The notes: generated by a model from the sequence alone, not told the origin. DNA of 64,000 nucleotides from Eledone cirrhosa (GCA_964016885.1 OZ024761.1:30690001-30754000), one strand, 5' to 3'. Positions 46,652 to 59,880 are shown, counted from the stretch's first letter. Program-made: numbers and translations.

Positions 46652-46878
46652 GGCAAAATATGGCTTAACAAAACCATGCATTGTCACATCTCTAATATGA
46701 ACAGTATCTACATGGCTGAAAAAATCACCTGCAACGAGATCACATCAAGAGCCTTTGAAATTCAAGTGAAGTGTTACTTAGAGAATGGATTCTGTGCGGT
46801 CGCCTGGGACAACCGTGACGCATTGTGGAATATATTCAAAACAGGTGATGCTGCACCAACAGCTCCTCACTTTTCACA
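46652..46878 (+). CDS. stanniocalcin-like protein, exon 3
   Basis: GKIWLNKTMHC...TCNEITSRAFEIQVKCYLENGFCAV, matching the stanniocalcin-type TC..I....F..Q..CY....FC pattern. GTAAGT donor. Confidence 0.9.
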
Positions 46879-47072
46879 GTAAGTAACCCAGAGTTCAAGG
46901 TATCAGAACAGGTGTAAGAGGGATGTGGTCTGCAAAAGGGGGCAATTAAAGAGTTTTCTGTGCTCTTTTCCCTATTCTACATATTTTTATGTCACAACAA
47001 AAAGCATCCAGCACACACTGTAAATGTGGTTGGCGCTAGGAAGAGCATCCAGCTATAGAAACCAAGCCAGAA

Positions 47073-47105
<33 letters not shown>

Positions 47106-47429
47106 CATATATATATGTGCGTGTGTTTGTGTGTAAATCCTGAATTAAAACGGCGGTAACCACAGTTATATTATATATATATATATATATATTATATATT
47201 TATATATTATATATATATATATATTATATATTTATATATTATATATATATATATTATATGTTTATATATTATATATATTATATATTTATATATTATATAT
47301 ATATATATATTATATATTTATATATTATATATATATATATTATATATTTATATATTATATATATTATATATTTATATATTATATATATATATATATTATA
47401 TATTATAATAACATCTAATTTCATTTTAA

Positions 47430-47650
47430 CTCTTTAGCATTTAAACAGGCCATATCCGGCCAGAATTCTCTCACCTCTTTCTGTTCAAACTGGCTGTAAC
47501 CAGCCACTCATACTTATTTTAAGGTATTGTTCTCAAAATAAATAATATCAAAATCACATAGATTCAATATTATGTGAGATAATTATGTGAGATAAAGCCT
47601 TTTCTGTGAAAATACAATTGTAAATATAGAGTAATGTAAATGCTAAAGGG
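47430..47650. mobile_element. piggyBac-like MITE M1 (intron 3), opposite orientation to 44234-45507
   Basis: TTAA flanks and TIRs. Contains one copy of the 72-bp unit in reverse complement. Confidence 0.8.
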
Positions 47651-47789
47651 TTAATGTCCACTACTTCGAAGCATGCTGAATATAAATGCTAAAGGGTTAA
47701 ACAACAAAAATTACACATTACAAGTGTTTTATTTTGTTGTTTTTATTTTTACTTTTATTTTTTAATTTTAATCATTTTTTTTTTTGTAG

Positions 47790-47955
47790 GATATGGAAAA
47801 ATGTTGGCAAAATATCTACAAAATGTCTTTCGCAAAAAGCCGGTGACTTCACAAACTGGGTCAAATCTCACAGCAGTGTTCTGGTAACGCTAAAAAATGA
47901 CATCAAGGAAAAGGTAAACAGTTTCTGGGATTCATTAAAGAAACGTGTTGGTTAA
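47790..47955 (+). CDS. stanniocalcin-like protein, exon 4 (stop)
   Basis: Phase-2 acceptor, then IWKNVGKISTKCLSQK...KKRVG-TAA. The total CDS is 660 nt (219 aa, 10 Cys). AATAAA downstream. Confidence 0.82.
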
Positions 47956-48279
47956 TGACTACAGTACTTCATTTGGTTATTGAAAGCAGTGCCACTATTA
48001 ATAGTACTACTAATAATAATAAGAAGAAGAAGAATGATAATAAACAGTAAATTGGTGCTATAGAAGTAGTGCAATATGTAATTGCAATCATGTATCCACA
48101 CACACACACGCACACACACACATACACACACACACATATATAAATATGAATATATATATATATATTCTAATGTTTTGTGTATAATTTCAAATAATCAATT
48201 ATATACCAAATGATAATAAACTTTCTTTCCTTTCTGACAAACTGTCGTTGTTGTTGCTAATCATTGTTATATATATATC

Positions 48280-48580
48280 ATCCTTTCTTCTGATGAAGGA
48301 CTAGCTTCCGAAACGTTAAGACCCTCTTCCAATTGTTTCAAGCGGTAACCTAATATATCCCTTCCATATACTGTACCGATTGTGTTATTTCTGTTTACCT
48401 TTTATGTGTATATATATATATATATGATACATATATATATGTGTGTGTGTAAAGGCTAAACAGAAATAACAACACAATTGGTACAGTATATGGAAGGGAT
48501 ATATTAGGTTAACGCTTGATATAGCAGGAAGAGGGTCTTGACGTTTTGGACGGTAGTCCTTTACCAGAAGAAAGAATGAG
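48280..48580. mobile_element. inverted pair of P4 3' ends
   Basis: 48280-48403 (+) and 48450-48578 (-) are diverged reverse complements. Confidence 0.7.
48286..48321 (+). ncRNA. type I minimal hammerhead ribozyme (P4)
   Basis: TCTT-CTGATGA-A-GGA ctagct TCC-GAAACGTT-AAGA. Confidence 0.75.
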
Positions 48581-48594
48581 GGGACGGGTGGGTG

Positions 48595-48730
48595 TTCAGA
48601 GCATGGTAGATGCCTGGTGGAGGGTATTCGTTTAGTTGCATGTCTCTGAATAGTTTCCAAGAGATCAATATTCTGAGCAAAGTAGCGGTTCCTGACTGGT
48701 GATGCAAATTCTAAGTGCGGATTACACGTG
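48595..48730 (-). pseudogene. CR1-type LINE ORF2 fragment
   Basis: PHLEFASPVRNRYFAQNIDLLETIQRHATKRIPSTRHLPCSE resembles the CR1 motif RPHLEYASPVW...LE.VQRRATK.I. Confidence 0.7.
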
Positions 48731-49119
48731 TTTCTATCAAATACAGGAGGTAGTATTTTATTCCTTTGTATTGAATACTTCAGAATCGTTAAACAGAACA
48801 AAAGCTAGCTTATATGTGTGTGTCTATATATCTATATACACACACACATACATCGACTTAATACCAGCGATCTTCGTTACCTTTATAATATATATATATA
48901 GTAATAATAATAAATATGAAGACTTAAATCCGAAGAGGGCTCGATAAAGATAATTATATATATAATATATATAAAACCGTAGAGCAAATATTTATTAAAA
49001 TAACAGATTATAGTTTCAGAAGATCCCGTTAAGGGTGAAAGCAGCGATTCTTTGCTTAAACTATAATTTGTTATTTTAATAAATAAATATATATATTCCA
49101 AGACTTGTAATTGAACCAT

Positions 49120-49255
49120 CAGCACAGTTGGGGTATGTCAGACATCAATTTATTTTATTTGATGAGGACGGAGGACGTACTGAGGAAACAGCACAGTACC
49201 TCTGAAATATATATAATAAAATATATTTGATCACATGAATGTCTATATTTATTAA
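49120..49255 (+). mobile_element. Penelope-type 3' end with degenerate hammerhead (49151-49223)
   Basis: TATTTTAT-TTGATGA...GAAA-TATATATA-ATAAAATA. Same stem I as the 26815 ribozyme, with C3->U. Confidence 0.5.
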
Positions 49256-50148
49256 TATATATATATATATATATATGCTCGGGTGATTTTAGGCATAATC
49301 TATCTGAATTATTGAGCCCTCTGCCACTCATGTCGGATTTTGTTTATCGTAAATTCGTGAGCTGATTTTCCGATACTCGATTATTCTATTATATATATAT
49401 ATATATATATATATACAGAGATAGAGAGAGAGAGATTGGAAGATGGAACAAATAAATGTAGTAATCCAAGGGAAATAAGCATGTATTTATTGGAAAGTAT
49501 GACTTACTTCCCGTTGAACTTTTTTTTATGTAAAATTCTTTGCTAGTAGTAGCAGCCAATAAATATCAATTGATGTATAGAAAAGTGCCAGAAATAGTAG
49601 CGAAATCCCCTTGAAATCACAGACACTGAAGCCTTTTAAAACACTAGAAATAGCAGTCAAATCTCCTAGTAATGTGTAAATATTAATAAACTTGATAAAA
49701 TTCAATGCATTTTCATTAAATTTCCCCGTTCAATAAATTTCCACGCTATTTGCTGAGGAAGGGGAACAGTTTTTAATGGATTTACTCGATCATAACAACC
49801 ACAATACTTATTTTATACATCTCTGTTTTGTAGAAATACTAAGTTACAGATATAAACGCAGACACAGAATACTGGTTGAAAGCAGAAGATACACACACAA
49901 AAAAAATGCATACATATGTATATATATAAACATTCGCACGCACAAGTACATGAGTATAAAAACAAACATACATATATACATATATGTGTGTGTGTGTATG
50001 GATATGGATATATGTGTGTATGTATGTGTGTGTATATGTATCTACTATTACTCCTACTACTATTTTTTTATGTAATAAGTAGTATTACGGTCAAATAACA
50101 CTCACATATGTATATTTGAGTGCGTTTATGAGGGAGTATGTGTGTGTG

Positions 50149-50184
<36 letters not shown>

Positions 50185-50341
50185 GGGGAGCGTGCGTGTG
50201 TGTCGTCTGCCTTCAACAAATATTTTTAACTTTAGTAAATAAATGTAGGACGGAAAGTTTATTACTCTCAAATATAAAATAACACACGCACACGTATGTA
50301 TGTATGTATGTATGTATGTATGTATGTATGTATGTACGTAC

Positions 50342-50395
<54 letters not shown>

Positions 50396-50629
50396 GTACG
50401 TATGTATGTATGTGCGTATGTAAGTTCGTATGTATGTATGTGCGTATGTATGTATGGATGTACGTATTTATGTATATACATATATATATATGTGTGTGTG
50501 TGTGTGTATGTGCGTGTGAAGTTGTGAGTTCGATTCTCGAACTGGGTGATGTAAATAAATATCTCATTATAAAGTCTCACCAAGCGTAAATCAATTTTTA
50601 ATGTAAAAATGTATTAGGTAATTACTTTA

Positions 50630-50667
<38 letters not shown>

Positions 50668-50676
50668 GTATATATA

Positions 50677-52499
50677 TATTGTTATGCTTTGGGAGGGCCA
50701 ATAAGAAACACACGCACCAGTTGCTTTCACTCCAATTTATTATAAGTTAAATATATAAATTGAAGAATTTATAAATTTATAAATTTCCGGTTGGCTGGTT
50801 GGTTCCACAACCGGACGGTTGTTCATATATTGTCAAAGTTCTTTCGTCACACATTCTGTGACCTCTTCAGTGATAATGTACTCTTAACCCTGATAATGTA
50901 CTCCCGCTACGTTGATGATATAAACATCGTAGTAAAAACACCCCCACTAGAGAACAGTCAGGAATTAGAGAAAAACACCATGGAAAGCACCCAGCAAATA
51001 GCTAACTCCATCCACCAGAGTATTAGAGTTATTATAGACTACCCATGCAAACACTCCAACCATCGATTACCTGTACTAGACACAGAGCTCTGGTTAGAAA
51101 CCATTAATAACAAAAAACAAATCCTCCATTCCCATTATGCCAAATCCATGACTTACAAATATCTGATCCACCGAAACTCAGCTGTTTCGGAGACACACCA
51201 AAATCAACATACTGATTGCGGATTTGGTACGGGTGATGAGAAACGTGTTCCGCATGTGCAACCCCAAAGAACTAGAGAGACACATACAACACTTCATCCA
51301 CCGTATGCAGTTCTCTGGTTACAACCAGAGAGATAAAATCAGAGTATATAGAGAAGCCAGAACCAAATGGGGGAAAAATGGTAAATAATGATACAAATGG
51401 GACCTGCCCCTTGTATAGGAGCAAATTTTGGAATAGAATAGAAAGAACTAGGAATAAGGCTAATAGAATAAACTCATGGTATGATAGTAATAAATACCAG
51501 AGTGTAATGTTCATCAATACAACCCCTAGAGGTGAATTAGCTTACAAATAGAGAAGGGCCCTAGATAAACATAAACTCAATATTAAGATAGTAGAAAGAC
51601 CAGGTACCTCCATAAAAACACTTATTAGCAATACATACCCTTTTCAAAGACCTCTCTGTATAGATAAGAAATGTATAATCTGTAAACTAAGCCCCCATAT
51701 TAACTGTAAAAGTAGAAATGTAGTATATAGCATAAGATGTACTGAAGGACAATGTAGAGATAAGAATATAGTGTACATAGGTGAGACAGCTAGTATAGGA
51801 GAACGGATAAATGAACACTGGCGAGAGCTTCAAGATAGAAAAGAATCATCTGTACTCCACCAACATGCTAAAATAGAACATAAGGGTAAATTAGAGAACA
51901 TAGAAATAAAAATAGAATCTACACACAGAAAAGACGCAATGTTTAGACAAATCACAGAGGCAATAAACATAAATGAACTCCAACCAAAATTAAATAGAAA
52001 ACATGAATGGAATAGCAACATCACAACTTACAATTAAGGACAAAATGAAAACACACACACACATAGAACAATCAACCAACCAGTAACATGTAAATAAACA
52101 AATAAATAAACATATAAACACACACAGACACCCGGATGTAACACATGCGCAAACTAAGCACACAACACACACAAAAACAAGATGGCGTATGACAGAACAA
52201 AGGGGAGGCACAAAAACAAAGAAAAGAATCCCAGTCACTGAAGAGGTCACAGAATGTGTGACGAAAGAACTTTGACAATATATGAACAACCGTCCGGTTG
52301 TGGAACCAACCAACCAACCAACCAGAAATTTATAAATTTATAAATTCTTAAATTTATAAATTTAACTTATAAATAAATTGGAGTGAAAGCAACTGGTGCG
52401 TGTGTTTCTTATTGGCAACATGACCCTCCCAAAGTATAACAATATCGGTTTCAACATACGTTCTCAAATAAAGAATTTTGCTAAACAAGTTCAGAAACG

Positions 52500-52502
<3 letters not shown>
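50677..52502 (+). mobile_element. Penelope-like element P1: inverted 5' pLTR, truncated RT, GIY-YIG, 3' pLTR and tail
   Basis: 50677-50873 is an inverted pLTR. Then RYVDD...LPVLD, and CIDKKCIIC...NCKSRNVVYSIRC...IVYIGETASIGERINEH, with frameshifts and stops. The pLTR runs to 52445 plus a ~55-nt tail. Confidence 0.92.
52234..52276 (+). ncRNA. type I minimal hammerhead ribozyme in P1 3' pLTR (mirror copy at 50832-50873, minus)
   Basis: GTCA-CTGAAGA-G-GTCACA gaatg TGTGAC-GAAA-GAACTT-TGAC. Confidence 0.78.
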
Positions 52503-52532
<30 letters not shown>

Positions 52533-52535
<3 letters not shown>

Positions 52536-52959
52536 TCTATTCTAAGGCGGGTAAAATTCCCGAGATCCATGGACGAGTTCTCTCCAGCGGTCTCTGTCCC
52601 TCATTATTGTTGCCATGTCCTGCGTCTCCAATAGACCAGTGTCTGTCCTTAGGGCATCAACATACGTTACCCTTGGTCTTCCTCTTCTAGTGTGTCCATG
52701 TAGGGGCTCCCAAAGGAGCACTGAGTGCAATGTCAACTCTGGATGTCGGTGAGCATGTCCAGCTAACCTCAGTCTCCTCTGTGTTACTTTTGAGCTGACT
52801 TTTGGGATGCTCCCATACAGCTCTGAGAATGAATGAGACTAAAACAAAATATCTGGTAGAGAATGTTGAGAAGCCAGAGGGGATCACTAATGTAGGCGGG
52901 AAGCCGCTAGAATTGGTTGAGGGCTTCCTGTATTTGGGAGCAAAGATTGGGAATACATT

Positions 52960-52962
<3 letters not shown>
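52533..52962 (-). mobile_element. short LINE (RTE-like) insertion with 5' inversion
   Basis: Minus 52542-52823 reads ELYGSIPKVSSKVTQRRLRLAGHAHRHPE...GRPRVTYVD...DRDRWR. Plus 52823-52960 reads LRMNETKTK...LELVEGFLYLGAKI. Confidence 0.75.
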
Positions 52963-53011
<49 letters not shown>

Positions 53012-53012
<1 letters not shown>

Positions 53013-55235
53013 AGAGGGAAGCTAGGCGACAAGTATACTTACCTAGGAGGGAAGCAGAGGATAGAAAATTCAAGCATGTTTTGTAACGTGAGGACCAGAA
53101 ACAGGAAGTGTTCAAGATTGCGAGGCAGTGTGTAGGAGAGAATTGTGATGTCATTGGAGAGAAGTGTATCCGGAATGATAAAGGTTAGCTTGCCCTCACA
53201 AGTGCTGAGAAGAAAGATGCATGGAAGAGCCATTATGATAGATTACTAAATGAGGAGAATGCATGGGAAGAAGAGACCCTACCCCAAGTAGACCCTATAG
53301 AGGGGCCAGCAGTACAAGTCAGCAGCAGCGTAGTAAGTAAGGCAATCAAAGATATGAAGATGGGGAAGGCAACCGGTCCATCGGGTATAGCTGCCGAGAT
53401 GCTGAAGGCATCTGGGTCTGTAAGTCACACTATAACCACACGTATTGTTAACCAGGTAATACTAGAAGGTGTCATACCAAAAGATTGGTGCAGTAGCATC
53501 ATTGTCAACTGCTACAAAGGTAAAGGTGATGCACTAGATAGAGGAAACTATAGAGGTATAAAGCTGATGGACCAGGTCATGAAAGTAACAGAAAGAGTTA
53601 TAGCACAGCTGATTAGGGACCGGGTGAAAATAGACGAGATGCAATTTGGGTTTGTACCAGGAAGAGGCACCACTGATGCCCTCTTCCCTGTGAGGCAGTT
53701 ACAGGAAAAGTACTTAGCTAAAAGTAAGCCACTCTACCTGGCATTCGTCGATCTCTAGAAAGCCTTTGACAGAGTTCCATGTGCTGTAATCTGGTGGGCT
53801 CTTAGAAAACTAGGAGTAGATAAATGGCTTGTGAAAGCTGTACAAGCCATGTATAAGGGAGCAGTCAGCAAAGTTAGGATTAGCAATGAGTATAGCGAGG
53901 AATTTAGCGTACAGGTTGGTGTCCACCAGGGCTCTGTTCTTAGCCCTCTCCTGTTCATCATAGTCCTGCAGGCAATAACGGAGGAGTTTAAGACCGGATG
54001 CCCATGGGAACTCCTGCATGCTGATGACCTCGCACTTATAGCTGAATCTATGGTAGAACTAGAGAAGAAATTCCAAACTTGGAAGCAGGGAGTAGAAAGG
54101 AAGGGTCTCAAAGTCAACATGACAAAGACTAAGATCCATGTAAATAGACGAGAAAACAGAACCCAGATCCCCTCAGAGAAATAACCTTGCTCAGTATGTA
54201 GGAAAAGTGTAGGTAGGAACTCCATTCTCTGACCCAAATGCAAACAATGGGTACACAAGAGATGTAGCGGGATCTTAGGAAGCTTAATTAAGAATGTAGG
54301 CTTCACATGCAGCAGCTGTGCTGTGACAGCAAGCAGCAAACAGCCACAGGAAACAAGTACCACCAATCTCTGGGAGGGCTCTGTAGAAACAGTAGACAGC
54401 TTCTGCTACCTAGGTGACCGAATTAGCAGCGGAGGTGGGTGTTCAGAAAGTACAATAACTAGGGTAAGAACGGCATGGAAGAAGTTCAGGGAACTACTGC
54501 CACTGCTAGCTGCAAAAGGCTTCTCCCTCAAAATGAAAGGCAGACTGTATGATGCATGTATCCGAACAGCAATGTTACATGGTAGTGAGACCTGGGTGCT
54601 GAAGGTGGAAGACTTACGTAGATTAGAAAGAAACGAAGCCTGCATGCTCCGATGGATGTGTAATAGTAATATACGTGAACGACAAAGCATAAATGAATTG
54701 AGAGAGAGACTGAGCATAAGAGGAATCAAATGCTGTATGCAGGAGAGGCGATTGCGTTGGTATGGACATGTGATGCGTATGAAGGATGACAGCTGCATAA
54801 AAAGGTGCAGAGCACTAGAAGTCAATGGGAACCGCGGAGTGGGGAAACCCAAGAAGACCTGGGATGAGGTGATAAAAGCTGACCTTACCGAATTCCACCT
54901 CTCAAAGGCGATGACACACGACCGTGACCTCTGGCGTCACACAGTAATACAGAGTACCCGACCTCCCATGGGTACAAGCTGAAGCATATAGACAATATGC
55001 CCCCACACCCTTCCACTGCAAGGTGGTCGTGTAGGCGCCACGGAAAGAAGCACCCAGCACTCACTGTAAATGAGGTTGGTGTTAGGAAGGGCATCCAGCT
55101 GTAGAAATCAAGCCAAAATCAGTTCCTGTATGAGCAAGGCATGGTCAGCCAACCAGATACTGCCCACAACAGGACAACCTGTCTAACCCATGCTAGCATG
55201 GAAGAACGGACGTAAAACAGTGATGATGATGATGA

Positions 55236-55238
<3 letters not shown>
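53012..55238 (+). mobile_element. 5'-truncated RTE-clade LINE with PHD finger inside the RT; inactive
   Basis: One frame 53354-54982 with in-frame stops: KATGPSG, NYRGIKL, QFGFVPG, GVHQGSVLSPLLF, HADD, FCYLG, RRLRWYGH. 3' UTR ends in (GAT)n. Confidence 0.93.
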
Positions 55239-55303
<65 letters not shown>

Positions 55304-55342
55304 TATATATATATATTATTTAGTCTTCAAATTTATTATTAT

Positions 55343-55396
<54 letters not shown>

Positions 55397-55550
55397 ATAT
55401 AAGTTTATCCCGGGTTCAATTGTGGGTAACCACAGTTAGTAAGGTACTCAATACATAGCAGAGAGTATAATTATTTAATATAGAAATGGCTTCTACGGGA
55501 CTAGAACTGTTTCATTCGGGACAAATCATCATATATATATATATATATAA

Positions 55551-55609
<59 letters not shown>

Positions 55610-56109
55610 AAGAGAGAGAGAGAGGGGGGAGAGAGGGGGGGGAGAGAGAGAGAGAGAGAAAGCGAGAGAGAGAGAAACCCACACATTAAACAGTGATCAC
55701 GATGATGATGAAGCCTGAAAACAAATAAGACTGTATTTTTGCATGTGTTTGTCTTGATTTACACACTTGAATCTACTTGCTGTAGTGTCACTCCCCAAAA
55801 CACACAAGCATAAACAACAACTAATTTGTTACATTAGGAGAACATTCGGACAGAATCAATATGGATAGAGTCTAGTGGATTTGATAATGTGTTAGAACTG
55901 ATGAAGCAGCGTGGTAAGTGTTTTAGATAAACATTCATCAACTCAAGAGGATTGGTATCTGATGCAAGCAAATTTCCTTCTTCGATGTCAGATGCTCGCA
56001 TGTGTGCGTGCTGAAGGTCTTTGGGTCTTTCCGCTGGGAACAGCCCCCTGTTTTCTTTTTTTTTTTTTGTACATTCATCCATTAATTCATTTATTCATTT
56101 GCTAGCAAT

Positions 56110-57890
56110 CTACATTCTTGTGTGACCCCCTCCATGGACCCCCTTCTTTTCTCTCTTGTCTTCTGATGCCTCCATATCTGATGTAGGTGAGCTATGAGGC
56201 CCTCTTATCAGCACTTTCCCTTCCACCCACACACGGTTGTGCCTAGCACCTAGGCTGGTGACAACCAGCCACTCACCCTTGATGCCGCTTGGTGCCCCAG
56301 TCCCCGGCCCCACGCCCCATCCTCCATCCCAAACAGTCGACACCTGCAGCACTTGCAGCACCACGAACAGACGGAAGAGGGGCCGAAACTGTTCGGGTGC
56401 GGCTGCTTCCACCACCTCACCTGTGTTGGCTTGATGCGTCGAGCTTCCAGTGCCCTCGCAGCGTGGAGATGCAGAAGCGGTCTCTTCCCCTCGTCTGCTC
56501 AGCCACGTCCATCTGGCACACCAGCAGATGAGACAGTGAGCTTGCCAGACGCCCAAGCCTCAATGGTCAACATTGCTCGGCTCAGGCGGCTCCGGAAGAT
56601 CCCACTCAGGATTCAGAAAGCGTCCCGGGTGCCAGTAGCCGCTTCCTCAGCCACGATGCTGAGAGCTTTGCAACCTCCATCTCGGACGTGCGGTCCATTC
56701 TCCACCAGGTGCAGGTGACCCCCAAAGAGGATTTCCTCATCCTCAGGTCACTGATCTACCCGCCGGCCGTCCACTCCACCATCAGGTCAAGGCTCCAACA
56801 ACTCCACACCCTCACGAGCCGACTGGGCTTGATCGACGCCCACCCAGCTCTCTTTCTGTTGGGGAACTGCTTCACCATGCCGAAGCTCCTCTATACCCTT
56901 TGCAGCGCTCCGTGCTACACCCACACATCTCTCCTCGCTGACCTCGATACTTGTATCCGAGCAGCAGCCGAGGTGATATGCAACGTCAGGTTTGACGACA
57001 TTGGATGGCGTTTCTTTCGTCGGTAACCTCATGCCGCGTCCTCGTCAGCAGGGTTCTCCAAAACACAATGGAACCCTCTATGATCAGGGGACGTGAGATC
57101 GTTTGTGAGACTTGGGACCGGCTAGGACTTAGTCCAGTAGACGTCTCTCCACCTTCTCCCCCTGCTGACGTCAAGTCCCCCCAAAGCATTTGGGATGCCA
57201 TCCAGTGCAGCCTGGTTTCAGACAGGCTCACTGCCTTGCTTGTATTCGTGCGGCCTCCAAACCACACAGTCGTGCCTGGCTCCACTGGCATGCAGCTAGA
57301 TAACAATAGCCTGCGCATCGGCCTCTGGATCTGCGAGCCACACCAATGTTGCTGTGGATCCACCGTCGACTCTTTCGGTCTCCACCCGCTTTCCTGTCGC
57401 CACAGTGCCGGCCGCCTTCCACGCCATCCAGCCCTCAACGAGGTCACAAAGTATGGCTTGGACGCTGCAGGCTTCCCTTCCCAGCTTGAGCCGGTGGGGC
57501 TGGACCGAGGGGATGGCAAAAGGACAGATGGCATGACCTCTTCCCGTTCCGTGGTGGCAAACCCCTTGTCTGGGATGCCACTTGCACTGACACTTTCTCC
57601 AGCCGCAACCTGGTGCAGTCTGCGACTAACCCAGGTTCTGCTGCACGTCGGGCTGAGGAGGCCAAACTCTCCAACAGGTTTGCGGTCGTACCCTTGGCAG
57701 TGGAGACTTCTGATGTCCTCGGCCCTAGGACTACCTCCCTACTCACCACCATAGGCGCTGAGCTGGCCAGCTGCAGGTGTGAGCCTCGCAAGCTGGTATG
57801 GCTTTTCCAGCACATCTCCCTCACCGTCCTCCGGGGAAGCGCCTTCTCCATTCTGTCTTCCAGGGCTGTGGGGAGGTCACCAATATAGAG
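56110..57890 (+). mobile_element. deleted, degenerate CRE-type non-LTR retrotransposon (CCHC + RLE endonuclease)
   Basis: GC-rich island. HQCCCGSTVDSFGLHPLSC...RH.ALN...LEP.GL...GKRTDG, GKPLVWDATC, PLAVET..VLG, LFQHISLTVLRG. Confidence 0.82.
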
Positions 57891-58061
57891 GTTGACATTG
57901 TGAAGAAACATGGCTAGAACATTCAACTCCGTCCTTCAACTAATTATTACTAAACTGCACTCATCAGTTTCATATATATATATGAGTGTGCGTGTGTCAC
58001 TTCTCTACATTCCAACAGTCCATCCTTATCATTTTAAGTCTGCTTTTCCCTGTTTTCGCTG

Positions 58062-58116
<55 letters not shown>

Positions 58117-58304
58117 GATATATATAATCTATTTAGAATTATCTCTACATGCTTGCAATAAATACTTGAATCCACTTGCTGTAGAGCCATCCCATAAACC
58201 AAACGTGTATATTTTTTCTCCGTTTTTTGTGAGGTTTTTTCTATTGGGTTTGGTCACACACTGAATAATTTCTCCTGCACAAATATTGCAAAGGAAAAGT
58301 AACC

Positions 58305-58401
58305 ATGGCAAGAATGTTTTTCTGTTTTTTGACCACCCTGGCAGTCATTTCCTTCAATAATTTAACCACTGTGGCATTGGATAAAGGAGAACCATTTACT
58401 C
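58305..58401 (+). CDS. alkaline phosphatase, exon 1 (signal peptide)
   Basis: AACCATGG Kozak context, MARMFFCFLTTLAVISFNNLTTVALDKGEPFT. The phase-1 GTGAGT donor fits exon 2. Confidence 0.75.
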
Positions 58402-58536
58402 GTGAGTTTATTATAGTTTGTTTTTAAAAAAAGTTTCTTGAAATGATATTTATTTATTCTTTACATATCTTATTTTCTTGAGTTTTTTTAGGGTATCTTT
58501 AAGGGTATTTTTAGGGTTCTTTAGTGGCAGATTAAT

Positions 58537-58755
58537 GGAGTAAGGATTGATAACTGGGTTGAAGCTATAAGGACACCAAAATATTTAAAGGGAGTGAGAA
58601 TTGTAGGCTGGCTTGAAGTTATTGGGTCACCAAAATATTTAAAGGGAGTGAGGATTCTAGGCTGGGCTGTAACTATGGGGACACCACAATATTTAAAGGG
58701 AGTGCGGATTGTAGACTGGGTTGTAGTTGTGGGGACACAACAATATTTACAGGGA
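58537..58755. repeat. 54-bp minisatellite, 4 copies
   Basis: GGAGT...CACCAAAATATTTAAAG repeats at 58537, 58591, 58645 and 58699. Confidence 0.85.
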
Positions 58756-58961
58756 GATTATGATGATCATCATCATTATCATCATTATAGTCATCATCAT
58801 TATGTTGATGATGATGATGATCGTGATGATGATGATAGGAGGTGGTTGTGGTGGTCATGGTGGTGGTGATGTGGAGGAGGAGGAAGAGGAGTAGGACAAG
58901 AAAGTAATTTTCTTTAAGCTTGGTCTTCTTTGTTTATATTTCCTCAGATAAAGACTACATA

Positions 58962-59599
58962 TGTGCCGGATAAGTTGGTATTCTTGCGATGGTAGTTTTA
59001 AATAAAATTTATGACATGAAAATATCCGTACATGTAGCTCTTCCAGCTACATGAACGCATGTATCAGAGAATACGATATAGTATATAAGTTGTGTTGTGT
59101 CTTGCAGATACAATATGGCAGGAAGAATAGGATGAGAGTATAATGTAACAATATGAACTTGCTGTGTGTGTGTGTGTGCCTATTCTTAGTATACGTTATT
59201 GTCTTAGTAGTAGTGGTCAATCTGTCAGGCAAGCATGGCTGGCTGTCTGGCTGTTTCGGTGGCCGAAGAGGTAAGCCAGTAAGGGCCAGGAGAAAGATAG
59301 AGTAAAAGGTCTACTGATGCTATATTGCTTATCTTATTGACTGCCGCTTTGTCTCTCACCTTTGGGTTCCTTAACTCCTTGTATTTATAATAAGTGCTAA
59401 GGTTAGAAGGATGGATATATGAGGTTGATCCTATATGGTCAGCCCTGTGGTTATCGTCTCCCAAGAGGGTGAGGTCACAGGTCAAATGGAATGTATATTT
59501 ATCATCGTTGGCTTGACAAGACAATGGTGAGAACTTCCAACGATAGATTGTCCCAGAGGCGAGAAAGCTCAGACTCGGTTTCCAATCTTCGCCGGTAAA
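58962..59599. mobile_element. probable solo LTR in ALP intron 1
   Basis: TGTGCCGG...CCGGTAAA imperfect inverted termini flanked by a 5-bp direct repeat ACATA (58957-58961, 59600-59604). TATAAATA on the minus strand at ~59385. Confidence 0.5.
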
Positions 59600-59668
59600 A
59601 CATAGGAGTATTCCGTTATACATATACACTCAAATATATACACATTTACGTATATACTTCCATTTCAG

Positions 59669-59880
59669 CTAAAGAATGGGAAGATCATGCTGGAAAAACA
59701 CTTGATATGCTCCTTAAAAGAGTTCCTCAGAAAAAAATGGCAAAGAACATCATTTTATTTATTGGTGATGCCATGGGGTTACCAACAGTGGCAGCCTCAC
59801 GAATCCTTAAGGGCCAGTTAGCAGGAAAATATGAAATTCCCTTGACATTTGAAACATTCCCCTATGTAGCTCTCAGCAAG
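59669..59880 (+). CDS. ALPL-like: alkaline phosphatase, exon 2
   Basis: AKNIILFIGDAMGLPTVAASRILKGQ...LTFETFPYVALSK. GC donor. Confidence 0.93.

Noticed and set aside
54230-54232. TGA at a Cys position of the PHD finger as possible selenocysteine
   Set aside because: The same frame also has TAG and TAA stops and YADD->HADD, so simple decay explains it.
59225-59629. 134-aa minus-strand ORF in ALP intron 1
   Set aside because: No recognisable motif, and it lies within the probable solo LTR.
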